64,000 nucleotides of DNA from Escherichia phage PECP20. The stretch lies in sequence record OQ873415.1. One strand, written 5' to 3'. Below the pieces are notes generated by a model. It did no database searches. It was not told the DNA's origin and worked only from the letters and a program-made list of their open reading frames with translations. Position 1 is the stretch's first letter, and the number at the start of each line of letters is the position of its first letter. This document shows, one piece after another, positions 9,234-17,768 of this stretch. The position numbers and the translations under genes are program-made.

Positions 9234-9431
9234 ATGTTTAAACTTCCATCGTTAATCAACGCTATTAAAGGCAATAAAAAGAAAACTGCTATCGCCGCAA
9301 TAGTTGTAGGTGGCATTATTTCATGGAACTTCGGGATTGCACCATTGTTAGTTGCCCATGGTATTATAGTTCCTTCTGTTCCATTGGATACTGTAGTTGA
9401 TTTGGCCTTTGCTATTATAGGGCTTGTTTAA
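9234..9431 (+). CDS. small hydrophobic membrane protein (65 aa)
   Basis: Only convincing plus-strand ORF; AAGGAG 7 nt before ATG; Gly/Ile-rich predicted helices. Confidence 0.5.
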   Translation: MFKLPSLINAIKGNKKKTAIAAIVVGGIISWNFGIAPLLVAHGIIVPSVPLDTVVDLAFAIIGLV

Positions 9432-10450
9432 ATCTTCGAATAACGAGATAATCTCATTTTAGCATGCAACCCACTTGAAATATTCTGTTTCATATATTCT
9501 AAAATTTCTTGTGGTGTTGCATTTTCTTTCATTACCATATCATTCACATCCTTTGAACTCCATGGAGCTCGGTCCCAGAACATAACACGTTCGCCTGCAT
9601 CTACTAATCGCTTCATACGAGCTATAGTATCCGGATGCCTAGGTTCATTATCCATCACCCATACCCGACGTTCTTTAAATGGTACCACATCTAAATCTAT
9701 TGAACCGCCTGTAATAGCGATTGCATTGGGTATGAATAAACTATCAATAGGGCCTTCCATTACCCAGACGTCTCCTTCCTTAACACGTTCAACACCATAA
9801 ATTTTTGTTGCAGACTCAAACGCTTTAATAGTTATATATTTCTGAGGAGCATCTTTGCGAAGTGCACGTCCTTGAAATGACTCAGCCTTCCCGTCTTTAT
9901 TAAAAATAGGAATCACTAAACGCGGTTCTGGAATCTCTTTCTTATACGTGCCTGGTTGAATCTTGTTGACCAATTTAGGCCATTCTAATGTGAACCATAA
10001 TCTGTTCCACGATTCTTTAGGAATACACCGAGACTTAACATATTTCACAATAGGATGCTCTTCAGGCAACTTGTCCAGACGAGAACAAGACGGCAAAGAA
10101 TTTATAGTCTTTTTCTCCGGTTCTGGTTTATGTTCAGGAACCTTTTCAATCTTTGGTTCCATTCTAGCTTTTTCTTTACGAACTTCCATTAGATATTCAC
10201 GATAAAGCTCTTCGTCATACTCTTTTAAGTATCCGGAAATCGTATTATGATATTGACAGTTATAGCAATGCACATTACCTGGAGTACCGCCATAATACCA
10301 TCCGCGGGCTTTCATTGCATCTGTCTGAGAGTCGCCACAAACTGGACAACGAAACGTTAATTTAAATGTGCTTGAATTATTGATTTGTCTAAAACGAGGT
10401 AGGTGAGAAAACGCACGATAAGCAAATTCATTATCTATCCATTCAGCCAT
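9428..10450 (-). CDS. 61: DNA primase (gp61)
   Basis: 340 aa; zinc ribbon CPVCGDS...CYNC and TOPRIM region near-identical to T4 gp61 as recalled. Confidence 0.95.
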   Translation of the reverse strand: MAEWIDNEFAYRAFSHLPRFRQINNSSTFKLTFRCPVCGDSQTDAMKARGWYYGGTPGNVHCYNCQYHNTISGYLKEYDEELYREYLMEVRKEKARMEPKIEKVPEHKPEPEKKTINSLPSCSRLDKLPEEHPIVKYVKSRCIPKESWNRLWFTLEWPKLVNKIQPGTYKKEIPEPRLVIPIFNKDGKAESFQGRALRKDAPQKYITIKAFESATKIYGVERVKEGDVWVMEGPIDSLFIPNAIAITGGSIDLDVVPFKERRVWVMDNEPRHPDTIARMKRLVDAGERVMFWDRAPWSSKDVNDMVMKENATPQEILEYMKQNISSGLHAKMRLSRYSKI

Positions 10451-10489
10451 AGTATTCTCCAGAGGCCTTAAATTAATAAGGCCATCATA

Positions 10490-10984
10490 TCACAACTTAT
10501 TGATATTTACTTTAATTCGCTTTCTTTTCTTGGAAGGAATTTGTTCTGGACCTTTATTTACGACTGCACCTGTAGTTGTTCCTGATGCAATAGCTTGAGG
10601 GCTGCCACCTGAATCACCGGCCACCATATCCTCAAATAAAGGGAGTTCTTTAAATATTTCTTTCTGCTGTTCTTCCGTAATGTTATAGCGTGAAGCTACA
10701 GCACTCCAGGCAGACATCATTGAGGCCATTCCATTAAGACCTGGAACAGTACTCATCATTCGCTTCATTGAACGAACTGAAGCGTGAAAAGGTGTATAAG
10801 CCGCTTTCTCTTCGGGAGTAGAAGGACGTTTAAGAACACTTCCACGTTCGTCGATTATTTTGGCTTCGTACGCTTTCCATTCGGTAAAAGGTTTTTGCAT
10901 TAGTCGAATAAACTTATATGCGTAAACAGAATCTATTGCAGTGTTAATAATACCCATAGGTACCTCCTGAGTATATTTAATCAA
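10490..10984 (-). CDS. hypothetical protein (164 aa)
   Basis: ORF in the 61-to-41 accessory block. Confidence 0.6.
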   Translation of the reverse strand: MIKYTQEVPMGIINTAIDSVYAYKFIRLMQKPFTEWKAYEAKIIDERGSVLKRPSTPEEKAAYTPFHASVRSMKRMMSTVPGLNGMASMMSAWSAVASRYNITEEQQKEIFKELPLFEDMVAGDSGGSPQAIASGTTTGAVVNKGPEQIPSKKRKRIKVNINKL

Positions 10985-11174
10985 TCACAAAGATCGCTTT
11001 ATCACCGTTCGCATCTGTGACTTCATATGTAGTGTCTTCATAGTGTGGAATATTCCAAATTACACCATCATTAGCTTTTACGCTAATATGGTATTGGTGT
11101 TTTGAAACAACTTCATAATCTTCAAAACTTGTAAAAACACTAATTTTAGAACCAGTGCAAATTGCAGTAGTCAT
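10977..11174 (-). CDS. hypothetical protein (65 aa)
   Basis: ORF with 8-nt overlap to downstream gene. Confidence 0.5.
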   Translation of the reverse strand: MTTAICTGSKISVFTSFEDYEVVSKHQYHISVKANDGVIWNIPHYEDTTYEVTDANGDKAIFVID

Positions 11175-11175
11175 T

Positions 11176-11835
11176 TTAACCTCGATTCATAAATGCATTA
11201 AATATTTGGTCATCAACAGAAATTTCTAATTCGGCTTCAATTGCTTCAGCCTTTTCTTCAGGTGGTAATTCGTATCCACACACTACAATTTTTTCATCGA
11301 TATCAAAATATACAGAAGCAATACGATTAATGTTACTTTCAGTTAAGTCTAAATCAACATCAACATCTTTTTGACCTACACTTAAAGGATAACTAATACG
11401 GGTTATTTTATTATCTTTAACAAAGAGTCCACCAACATACTCTGTACTACGTTTGAAGTTTACACGTTTCCGAATTGAAAGATATGATACATCTTTACCG
11501 TGAGCTCGGCTCATAGGACATAATGAATAGCTAGAATAAGAGATGTCAAATCCTACACCTTCAATATGAGCCAACGTGTCATGAGTAAACCAATTATAAT
11601 CATATGCCAAATCCATTAAATTATAATATGTGAAAGGCACTGGATTAACATCATATGTTGTACCTTTAAAATCAGCCCAGGCAACGATTTCGTTATCTTT
11701 AACAATTACAAAAATTACACCAATATGGTATCCGTTATTATTTTCATTCGGCGTTATATTATAACATTGTGCATTAGGAAATTTACCATATTTAAATGGT
11801 GCGTTTTTGTGCATGTAATAAATCATATTATTCAC
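11176..11835 (-). CDS. hypothetical protein (219 aa)
   Basis: ORF; no motif recognised. Confidence 0.6.
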   Translation of the reverse strand: MNNMIYYMHKNAPFKYGKFPNAQCYNITPNENNNGYHIGVIFVIVKDNEIVAWADFKGTTYDVNPVPFTYYNLMDLAYDYNWFTHDTLAHIEGVGFDISYSSYSLCPMSRAHGKDVSYLSIRKRVNFKRSTEYVGGLFVKDNKITRISYPLSVGQKDVDVDLDLTESNINRIASVYFDIDEKIVVCGYELPPEEKAEAIEAELEISVDDQIFNAFMNRG

Positions 11836-12121
11836 CTGTGATTTCGGTTACGATATCTTTGTTATCGAAATTAGGGTCACAATACAAAACATAGTTGTAC
11901 TGCATGATACCGCCAGACTTAAGTTGTTCAACAACTTTATTAACCATATTAGGACGGTCTCGTTTAGTGATGTTCATGATATCAGAGAAGATTTGTTGTT
12001 CAACATCTTCTTGATTTGCAGTCATTGACCACTCACAGAGGTCTTTATCATAACCTGCTGTAACTGGAGCTGGTGCACATGATACTGCGAGTAAGATTGC
12101 TGCCAATGATAACTTTTTCAT
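11828..12121 (-). CDS. putative lipoprotein (97 aa)
   Basis: Signal peptide with lipobox LAVSC (MKKLSLAAILLAVSC). Confidence 0.6.
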   Translation of the reverse strand: MKKLSLAAILLAVSCAPAPVTAGYDKDLCEWSMTANQEDVEQQIFSDIMNITKRDRPNMVNKVVEQLKSGGIMQYNYVLYCDPNFDNKDIVTEITGE

Positions 12122-12150
12122 TTTAACTCCTTAGTTGATTTGATAGGACT

Positions 12151-12180
12151 ACTATACTATAGACCATCTATAATGTAAAC
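12151..12180 (-). promoter_or_regulatory. early-type promoter (GTTTAC-N18-TATAGT) upstream of lipoprotein gene
   Basis: Plus-strand actata...gtaaac; contains gataggact half-palindrome. Confidence 0.4.
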
Positions 12181-12184
12181 AAAT

Positions 12185-12433
12185 TTATTCTTTTTCGCGA
12201 ATAATAATTACTTGTTGAGGCTGCTGAGCAGATTTCTTTTCGGCAACGATAGACCAAATTAAAGTTCCAATCCAACCAATCATCGTCCAGTTAAAGAGTA
12301 AAGATACAAAGAAGATTGCTGTTGTGCTTTTTGTGCCACGAATAAGTGCGATTACCCAAGGCAACATGTAAATGATGATTGAACCAATACCTGCGATTAA
12401 AACTGCCACTGAACTAGCTACGAATAATTCCAT
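12185..12433 (-). CDS. small integral membrane protein (82 aa)
   Basis: Two to three hydrophobic helices. Confidence 0.6.
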   Translation of the reverse strand: MELFVASSVAVLIAGIGSIIIYMLPWVIALIRGTKSTTAIFFVSLLFNWTMIGWIGTLIWSIVAEKKSAQQPQQVIIIREKE

Positions 12434-12494
12434 GTTAATTTCCTCTTGATTTGTTATGTTTATAATATCTCGTTTTAACTTTGGCGTAAACCAA

Positions 12495-12863
12495 TTAATT
12501 AAATTTGTTTAAACGTTCAATACACTGGACGTAGTTATTCGCGATTTGTTTCTGGGAAGGCTCTTTGCCAGTTGTTTCAACATAGCGAATGAATGCGATT
12601 TCAGTAGCCTGTAAGCAATGTTCTTTAACGCGTTGTTCTTTTGACAATGCTACAGTATCAGAGTCACGATAACGTTGAGCATGGGCATCAGCTTGAATCA
12701 TTCGATTACCTACAGTAACCGGGTCTTCCACTTCGACTTTAGGTTGGTTGTACTGTTTAACATTCGGGTTATAAATCAATTGGCCAACATTATTAGGGAT
12801 AAAGCCATGAGCACCACATCCAGTTAATCCGAATACCATTGCTAAAGCTATTAATTTTTTCAT
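12495..12863 (-). CDS. putative lipoprotein (122 aa)
   Basis: Signal peptide with lipobox LTGC (MKKLIALAMVFGLTGC). Confidence 0.6.
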   Translation of the reverse strand: MKKLIALAMVFGLTGCGAHGFIPNNVGQLIYNPNVKQYNQPKVEVEDPVTVGNRMIQADAHAQRYRDSDTVALSKEQRVKEHCLQATEIAFIRYVETTGKEPSQKQIANNYVQCIERLNKFN

Positions 12864-12923
12864 TTCAATTTCCTCTGTAGTTGATAGAAAGATAGTAACA
12901 CAGTATGTGGTGCTTGTAAACAG

Positions 12924-13175
12924 CTATTTTAAACTTTTGCGAAATTTGCGTTTTTCTTGACGAATCTGTCGTTTAGTCGGACGTACAGCAAATTTAACGA
13001 AGTCCACTTTGCCGTGTGGAAACTTTTCAGATGCTTCACAGTCCATCATTAGTTCCCATCCTTCTAGAATAAGAGCTTTCCATTGTGTAGTTGATGCAAA
13101 TTCGTATGTTGATGGTTTAAACACAGTTGAATACATATTATCCTCTGAAATCAGCTTCAAAAACTTTCTCGTCAT
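12924..13175 (-). CDS. hypothetical basic protein with C-terminal VRPTKRQ motif (83 aa)
   Basis: ORF; C-terminus resembles the small ORF at 40935..41105. Confidence 0.45.
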   Translation of the reverse strand: MTRKFLKLISEDNMYSTVFKPSTYEFASTTQWKALILEGWELMMDCEASEKFPHGKVDFVKFAVRPTKRQIRQEKRKFRKSLK

Positions 13176-13350
13176 TAATAAATGCTTTAACTAATGCATT
13201 GTTCACTTCAGCAAGTTGTACCGTAACCCACTCGATTTCTTCGCGATCACCTGATAATATGATATCTTTAGTGAACATCTCGCCGCTTTTAAACCAGCCA
13301 ATAAAAGTAACTTTAGTTAATTTGCTCATATTTCCTCGCAAAATGCCCAT
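13138..13350 (-). CDS. hypothetical protein (70 aa)
   Basis: ORF; partial overlaps with both neighbours. Confidence 0.45.
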   Translation of the reverse strand: MGILRGNMSKLTKVTFIGWFKSGEMFTKDIILSGDREEIEWVTVQLAEVNNALVKAFINDEKVFEADFRG

Positions 13351-13643
13351 TCAGCATGATAAACTGTAGCACCTTTAGTATCATTCATTTGAACTACATC
13401 TACCGGAGAAATTACTCGATAGAGACGTGGTTCACCTCCATAAGAGCGTGCTGCTCGTCCTGCGTAAATCTTTGCTAAACCGATATCTTCAGTAAAGAAT
13501 ACACGATTCAAGTTTTTCTTACGTCCGGTTTCAGACAGAACTCCTGTTTCTTCAGGAGGACAAAGCATGTTTTCGATTTTAGCTGAACTACTTGAACCGT
13601 GATAAAAAATCTTAAATTCTGCTTTACAATCGATGGTTTTCAT
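13326..13643 (-). CDS. hypothetical protein with HGS motif (105 aa)
   Basis: ORF preceded by promoter cassette; FYHGSSSS motif. Confidence 0.55.
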   Translation of the reverse strand: MKTIDCKAEFKIFYHGSSSSAKIENMLCPPEETGVLSETGRKKNLNRVFFTEDIGLAKIYAGRAARSYGGEPRLYRVISPVDVVQMNDTKGATVYHAEWAFCEEI

Positions 13644-13669
13644 TTTGTTCTCCAGTAGTTGATAGGTCT

Positions 13670-13698
13670 ATAATAACACAACTACTGGAGAAGTAAAC
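13670..13698 (-). promoter_or_regulatory. T4-type early promoter (GTTTAC-N17-TATTAT)
   Basis: Plus-strand ataata (13670-13675) and gtaaac (13693-13698); spacer carries 5' arm of an SD-sequestering inverted repeat. Confidence 0.45.
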
Positions 13699-14073
13699 TT
13701 AAAAACGTAATTTAGATATATCTGCGTTGATTTCGTTTTGGTTTGCGTCGTATGCAATTAAACGAACCGCTTTAGATGGGTCATTCAATGCATAGAAATG
13801 ATGGAACATTGCTCGAACGATATCACCATTTACGAGTTCTACCTGGATAGGAGAACCTTTTTCGAGTTGGAAATGTTCATAAGCTTTGATGGTTCGCAGA
13901 TAATCAAGTTTTTGATTTCCAGCTCCAACTATTTGTACGATACGTTTGCCCATGTTTTCCATACGAGATACAATAGTTTTAGGAGCAAGAATAACGTAGG
14001 TTGCCAGTGGAGAAACTACTTCAACAGTTGTGTTTTCGGTGATTGCAGTAAAAATTGCTTGAGACATATTCAT
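13699..14073 (-). CDS. hypothetical protein (124 aa)
   Basis: ORF immediately downstream of gene 41. Confidence 0.6.
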   Translation of the reverse strand: MNMSQAIFTAITENTTVEVVSPLATYVILAPKTIVSRMENMGKRIVQIVGAGNQKLDYLRTIKAYEHFQLEKGSPIQVELVNGDIVRAMFHHFYALNDPSKAVRLIAYDANQNEINADISKLRF

Positions 14074-14139
14074 AATGTTTTCCTCTTGGTTGGTGTAAGT
14101 TCATCATATCATGCCTAGAGGAAGATGTAAACCCCGAAA

Positions 14140-14155
14140 GGAGACCGAAGTCTCC
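14140..14155 (-). terminator. UUCG-tetraloop hairpin just after gene 41
   Basis: Minus RNA GGAGAC-UUCG-GUCUCC then UUUCGGGG; followed by GTTTAC promoter-like hexamer. Confidence 0.4.
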
Positions 14156-14161
14156 TTTTTA

Positions 14162-15604
14162 TTAAAATTTTAACTCATTGGCTAAGCTATCTAGGTCAGC
14201 ACGTGTTGCTTTGGCTTTACCTACGCGTTCCGTACGATTCACCTCTGCCTGACGCATCTGAGCACCTGCGTTTTCATTTACCGTGTTAGGTGTGTTCATG
14301 CCTTCTTGCTCAATCTCAACCCATTTCTGATTGCCTTTACGTACACCCATCAAGAACTTGTTCCACTTATTCTTATCACCGTATCGTGATTTGATTTGTT
14401 TGATAAGTTGTTGTTCAGCTTGTGCAAGTTCTTCGGTTTCAATTACAGCCAACATGAAATCTGCCGTTGCTGGTAAACCTGCTGATTCTGCGATATCACT
14501 CATGTTCATGTCTGAAGCATCCCATGCTGCACGTCCTACTTGAGCTGCAGTCCATAGAACTGTTTCAGATTCTACTGCTAATGCACGAAGTTCTTCTGCG
14601 ATAGCTTTAACTAATGTGTAGCTATTTTCAGTGTAAACTCTGATACGACAAGACCCACAAATACCTAAGTAATCGACTATGATTACAGACGGCACAAAGT
14701 TCTTCTTGAGTTTCAATTCATTAAGCAATGCACGGAATGTATTAGCATTAGCTCCACCAGTAGGATACTGTTTGACTACTAAACGTCCTAATGTTGATTT
14801 TGAACGCCATTTTTCCATCTTGGCTTTATATTCAGCATAAGATACATTACCATCATCGATATCATCGAGTGATACGTCAAGCATGTTTGCATCTATACGC
14901 TTAGCACAAACTTCTTCAGCCATTTCCATGGAAATATAAAGAACATTATGTCCTGTTTGAAGATAATCTGCAGCAAGTGAACAAAGGCCTAAAGATTTAC
15001 CAACGTTAACACCAGCCATTAAAACGTTCAGTGTACCTGTTTCTGCACCGCCTTTGGTGATTTTATTCAAAATGTTTAATTTGAACGGGACCTTACGTGC
15101 TTTATTTAGATAAGAAAGCCAGCGTGCTTCATAGTCTTCCATCCAGTCATGACCAACATAACTATCAAACGAAATTGAAAGTGCTTGACGCATAATATCA
15201 GGAATAGCTCCTACGTCAGGCATTTTCTTGTTACGTTGTTCTGGAGGTAGTTCAGCATTAGACTGAATCTCAATGATTTTGGATGTAGCATTATACATCG
15301 CTTTTTGCTGGACATATTTCTCAGTTTCTTTAACCAACCATTCGTGGTCTTCAGGAGTATCAGCCAATTTTTCAATTAGGTCCGAAGTTCCTTTATATTC
15401 GGCTTCAGTTAAAGAACTGTTATCTAAAGCCACCTTTAATGCATTGATAGATGGCATTGCATTATATTCGTTAACGTGGCTCTTTATAATTTTAAAGACA
15501 TTTTTTGCCGGTCCACGCTCAAAATACTCAGAATCCATATAAGGCCAGACCTTAGAAAAATAAGCCTGGTCATATACTAGATGAGACAAAATAATTTCTA
15601 CCAC
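14162..15604 (-). CDS. 41: replicative DNA helicase (gp41, DnaB-like)
   Basis: 480 aa; MVEIILSHLVYDQAYFSKV and Walker motifs match T4 gp41 as recalled. Confidence 0.95.
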   Translation of the reverse strand: MVEIILSHLVYDQAYFSKVWPYMDSEYFERGPAKNVFKIIKSHVNEYNAMPSINALKVALDNSSLTEAEYKGTSDLIEKLADTPEDHEWLVKETEKYVQQKAMYNATSKIIEIQSNAELPPEQRNKKMPDVGAIPDIMRQALSISFDSYVGHDWMEDYEARWLSYLNKARKVPFKLNILNKITKGGAETGTLNVLMAGVNVGKSLGLCSLAADYLQTGHNVLYISMEMAEEVCAKRIDANMLDVSLDDIDDGNVSYAEYKAKMEKWRSKSTLGRLVVKQYPTGGANANTFRALLNELKLKKNFVPSVIIVDYLGICGSCRIRVYTENSYTLVKAIAEELRALAVESETVLWTAAQVGRAAWDASDMNMSDIAESAGLPATADFMLAVIETEELAQAEQQLIKQIKSRYGDKNKWNKFLMGVRKGNQKWVEIEQEGMNTPNTVNENAGAQMRQAEVNRTERVGKAKATRADLDSLANELKF

Positions 15605-15613
15605 GATAACTCC

Positions 15614-15955
15614 TTAAAAGAATTTAAATTTTTTCTTGGTCCGTTCATTAAAAGCTTGTTGTACTTGCATTGTAACACATTTTTCAACATGTGGTGCAAG
15701 TTCTGCTTTTCTGTCCTGGTCAAGAACTGCAAAGTCCATTACGATTTTACCATCAACCCAGTCTAGTTTTGTAATATAGACTATATGATGAGAACCATCT
15801 TCAAGTGTAATCAGAATCTCTTGAATGACATTTTCCATTGCTGAACGGATAATTTTAAGAGATTCATTAAACACTCGTTCTTTGCGAATGTCTTCCCCTT
15901 CCGAAGAAGGGGATTCATCAACGATTTCTAGATTTAAATCATCGAGATTATTCAT
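15614..15955 (-). CDS. hypothetical protein in the gene 40 position
   Basis: In-frame ATG (MNNLDD) at 15955 overlaps uvsX stop by 8 nt; track start 16075 would sit inside uvsX. Confidence 0.5.
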   Translation of the reverse strand: MNNLDDLNLEIVDESPSSEGEDIRKERVFNESLKIIRSAMENVIQEILITLEDGSHHIVYITKLDWVDGKIVMDFAVLDQDRKAELAPHVEKCVTMQVQQAFNERTKKKFKFF

Positions 15956-17120
15956 CGAAATCTTCCATTTCGTCAAGGTCGTTTTCAATATCTGCTGCAG
16001 ACGGAGCATCAGAAGCTTTAACCGGAACTTTAGTTGTTGCTTTGCAATTAATAAGGTCGTTAACAGCGTCATCAACTTCTTTAATAGAAGAGATAGCGCC
16101 TAGTTTATATTTAGTTTCAATTGCATCTCGGAAAGGTTTGTGTTTAAACAACGGTCCCCAGAATTCTACACAATCAGTAGCTTTAGCACGCCACGATTTC
16201 TCTTCACGAATCATTTCACCTGTTTCTTCGTCAAGGAATTCACGAGCATACCAACCAGCTTTAGGCTTAACAACAAATCCAATTTCAGTTGCCATTTCTA
16301 ACAAGCCACTGAATGGATCGATACCGCCGTCAAAATTAACCGTGATTGGGAAAGTAGATTTCTCTTTAACTGTACGAGATTTTTCTGCTTTCAACGTGAA
16401 GTCATAACCGGTCAATTCTGTACCTTCTTTAACCTGACGTTTAGAGATAAAGAATACAGTGTTAGCAGAGTAAAGAATACCTGTACCACCACCCATAATC
16501 TCTTTAGGATATAGTCCGCCGATTTCCATTGCTGTATGGTTGATTGCAACACACGGAATATCTTTAATAGTCAGATAAGGAGTCACAATACGGAACAGAG
16601 ATTTAAGTGCCTTAGCACGAGACATATCACCTACGACTTTCTCGTTCAATGCATCTTCGGTTTCTTTCTTAGATGCAGTATTACCGATTGAATCGATAAA
16701 GATAATAACTTTATCACCGCGTTCAATAGCGTCAAGCTGATTAGTCATATCAACTTTAAGTTGTTCTACAGATTGAATCGGAGTATGAACTACACGGTCT
16801 AAATCAACACCCATTGAACGAAAATAAGATTCTGAAGCACCGAATTCCGAGTCATAAAACAAACAGATTGCATCTTTATATTTCTTCATATACGCTGCAA
16901 CCATAGTCAGCCCAAACAATGTTTTAAAGTGTTTAGAAGGAGCAGCAAAAATAGTTAAGCCTGATTGCAATCCTGCATTCAGAGCACCACCTAGTGCGAT
17001 ATTCAACATCGGAATACGAGTAGGGACTTCATCACGATTATTAAACAGCTTAGACTTAGTCAAGTCTGCAGTCATTTTAGAAGTAGAAGCTTTAATCAGA
17101 CGAGATTTTAAATCAGACAT
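15948..17120 (-). CDS. uvsX: UvsX recombinase (RecA/Rad51 family)
   Basis: 390 aa; near-colinear with T4 UvsX as recalled. Confidence 0.95.
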   Translation of the reverse strand: MSDLKSRLIKASTSKMTADLTKSKLFNNRDEVPTRIPMLNIALGGALNAGLQSGLTIFAAPSKHFKTLFGLTMVAAYMKKYKDAICLFYDSEFGASESYFRSMGVDLDRVVHTPIQSVEQLKVDMTNQLDAIERGDKVIIFIDSIGNTASKKETEDALNEKVVGDMSRAKALKSLFRIVTPYLTIKDIPCVAINHTAMEIGGLYPKEIMGGGTGILYSANTVFFISKRQVKEGTELTGYDFTLKAEKSRTVKEKSTFPITVNFDGGIDPFSGLLEMATEIGFVVKPKAGWYAREFLDEETGEMIREEKSWRAKATDCVEFWGPLFKHKPFRDAIETKYKLGAISSIKEVDDAVNDLINCKATTKVPVKASDAPSAADIENDLDEMEDFDE

Positions 17121-17218
17121 TGTATTTTTCCATAGGCATCATTATATTTTACTCATGTTTAAAAGATAAGACGATTATATACTAAGGGTTATACAGCATT
17201 TAAAACTTTAAATGGCTC

Positions 17219-17767
17219 TTAACGAGCCCATTTGATGATTTCTGTAATCAAACCATTACGTTCGCTTGCATTAAATCCTATAATTTTGTTAGCACCATCA
17301 TGATTAAGTAATTGATACGTTTGGATTTTGTTATGAATTGCAAACTCTTCAAAATGTGAAATGACTGTATTAAAACCGAATGAAGACAAAGTAATAAGGT
17401 CGTCTTCAAAACTTTCAGTCATTTCATTACGTGTTAAAATAATTGTGAACACATCATGGTTTTGGCAAAGACGAACATAGTCCTGTTCATAAACATCAAG
17501 AACAGAGTCCGCATCTTGCCGAATACGTCCATAAACCCAGTTACTAATATATCCACGGTCTAACAGATAAATCTTAGTAGGGTCTAAATAATTCAACATC
17601 GTTTCGAAACAGCCAACTTCATTTCGAGACTTAACATCGAAACGTCCATCAACTGTTCGTTTAGGAAAATCAATCTTTACATATCTTTCACTAATTTCCA
17701 TTATGTCATTAATGAAAGTTGTTTTACCAGCATTATCTGGGCCGTCTACTAAAATAATTTTAGCCAT
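17219..17767 (-). CDS. thymidylate-kinase-like P-loop nucleotide kinase
   Basis: 182 aa; P-loop GPDNAGKTT; DRGY...Y lid-like motif; occupies part of the T4 beta-gt slot. Confidence 0.7.
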   Translation of the reverse strand: MAKIILVDGPDNAGKTTFINDIMEISERYVKIDFPKRTVDGRFDVKSRNEVGCFETMLNYLDPTKIYLLDRGYISNWVYGRIRQDADSVLDVYEQDYVRLCQNHDVFTIILTRNEMTESFEDDLITLSSFGFNTVISHFEEFAIHNKIQTYQLLNHDGANKIIGFNASERNGLITEIIKWAR

Positions 17768-17768
17768 T

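Noticed and set aside
14140-14160. Reading the hairpin after gene 41 as a plus-strand terminator
   Set aside because: On the plus strand the hairpin is followed by a T-run, but no plus-strand gene ends here; the minus-strand context (immediately after the gene 41 stop) is the more parsimonious reading.
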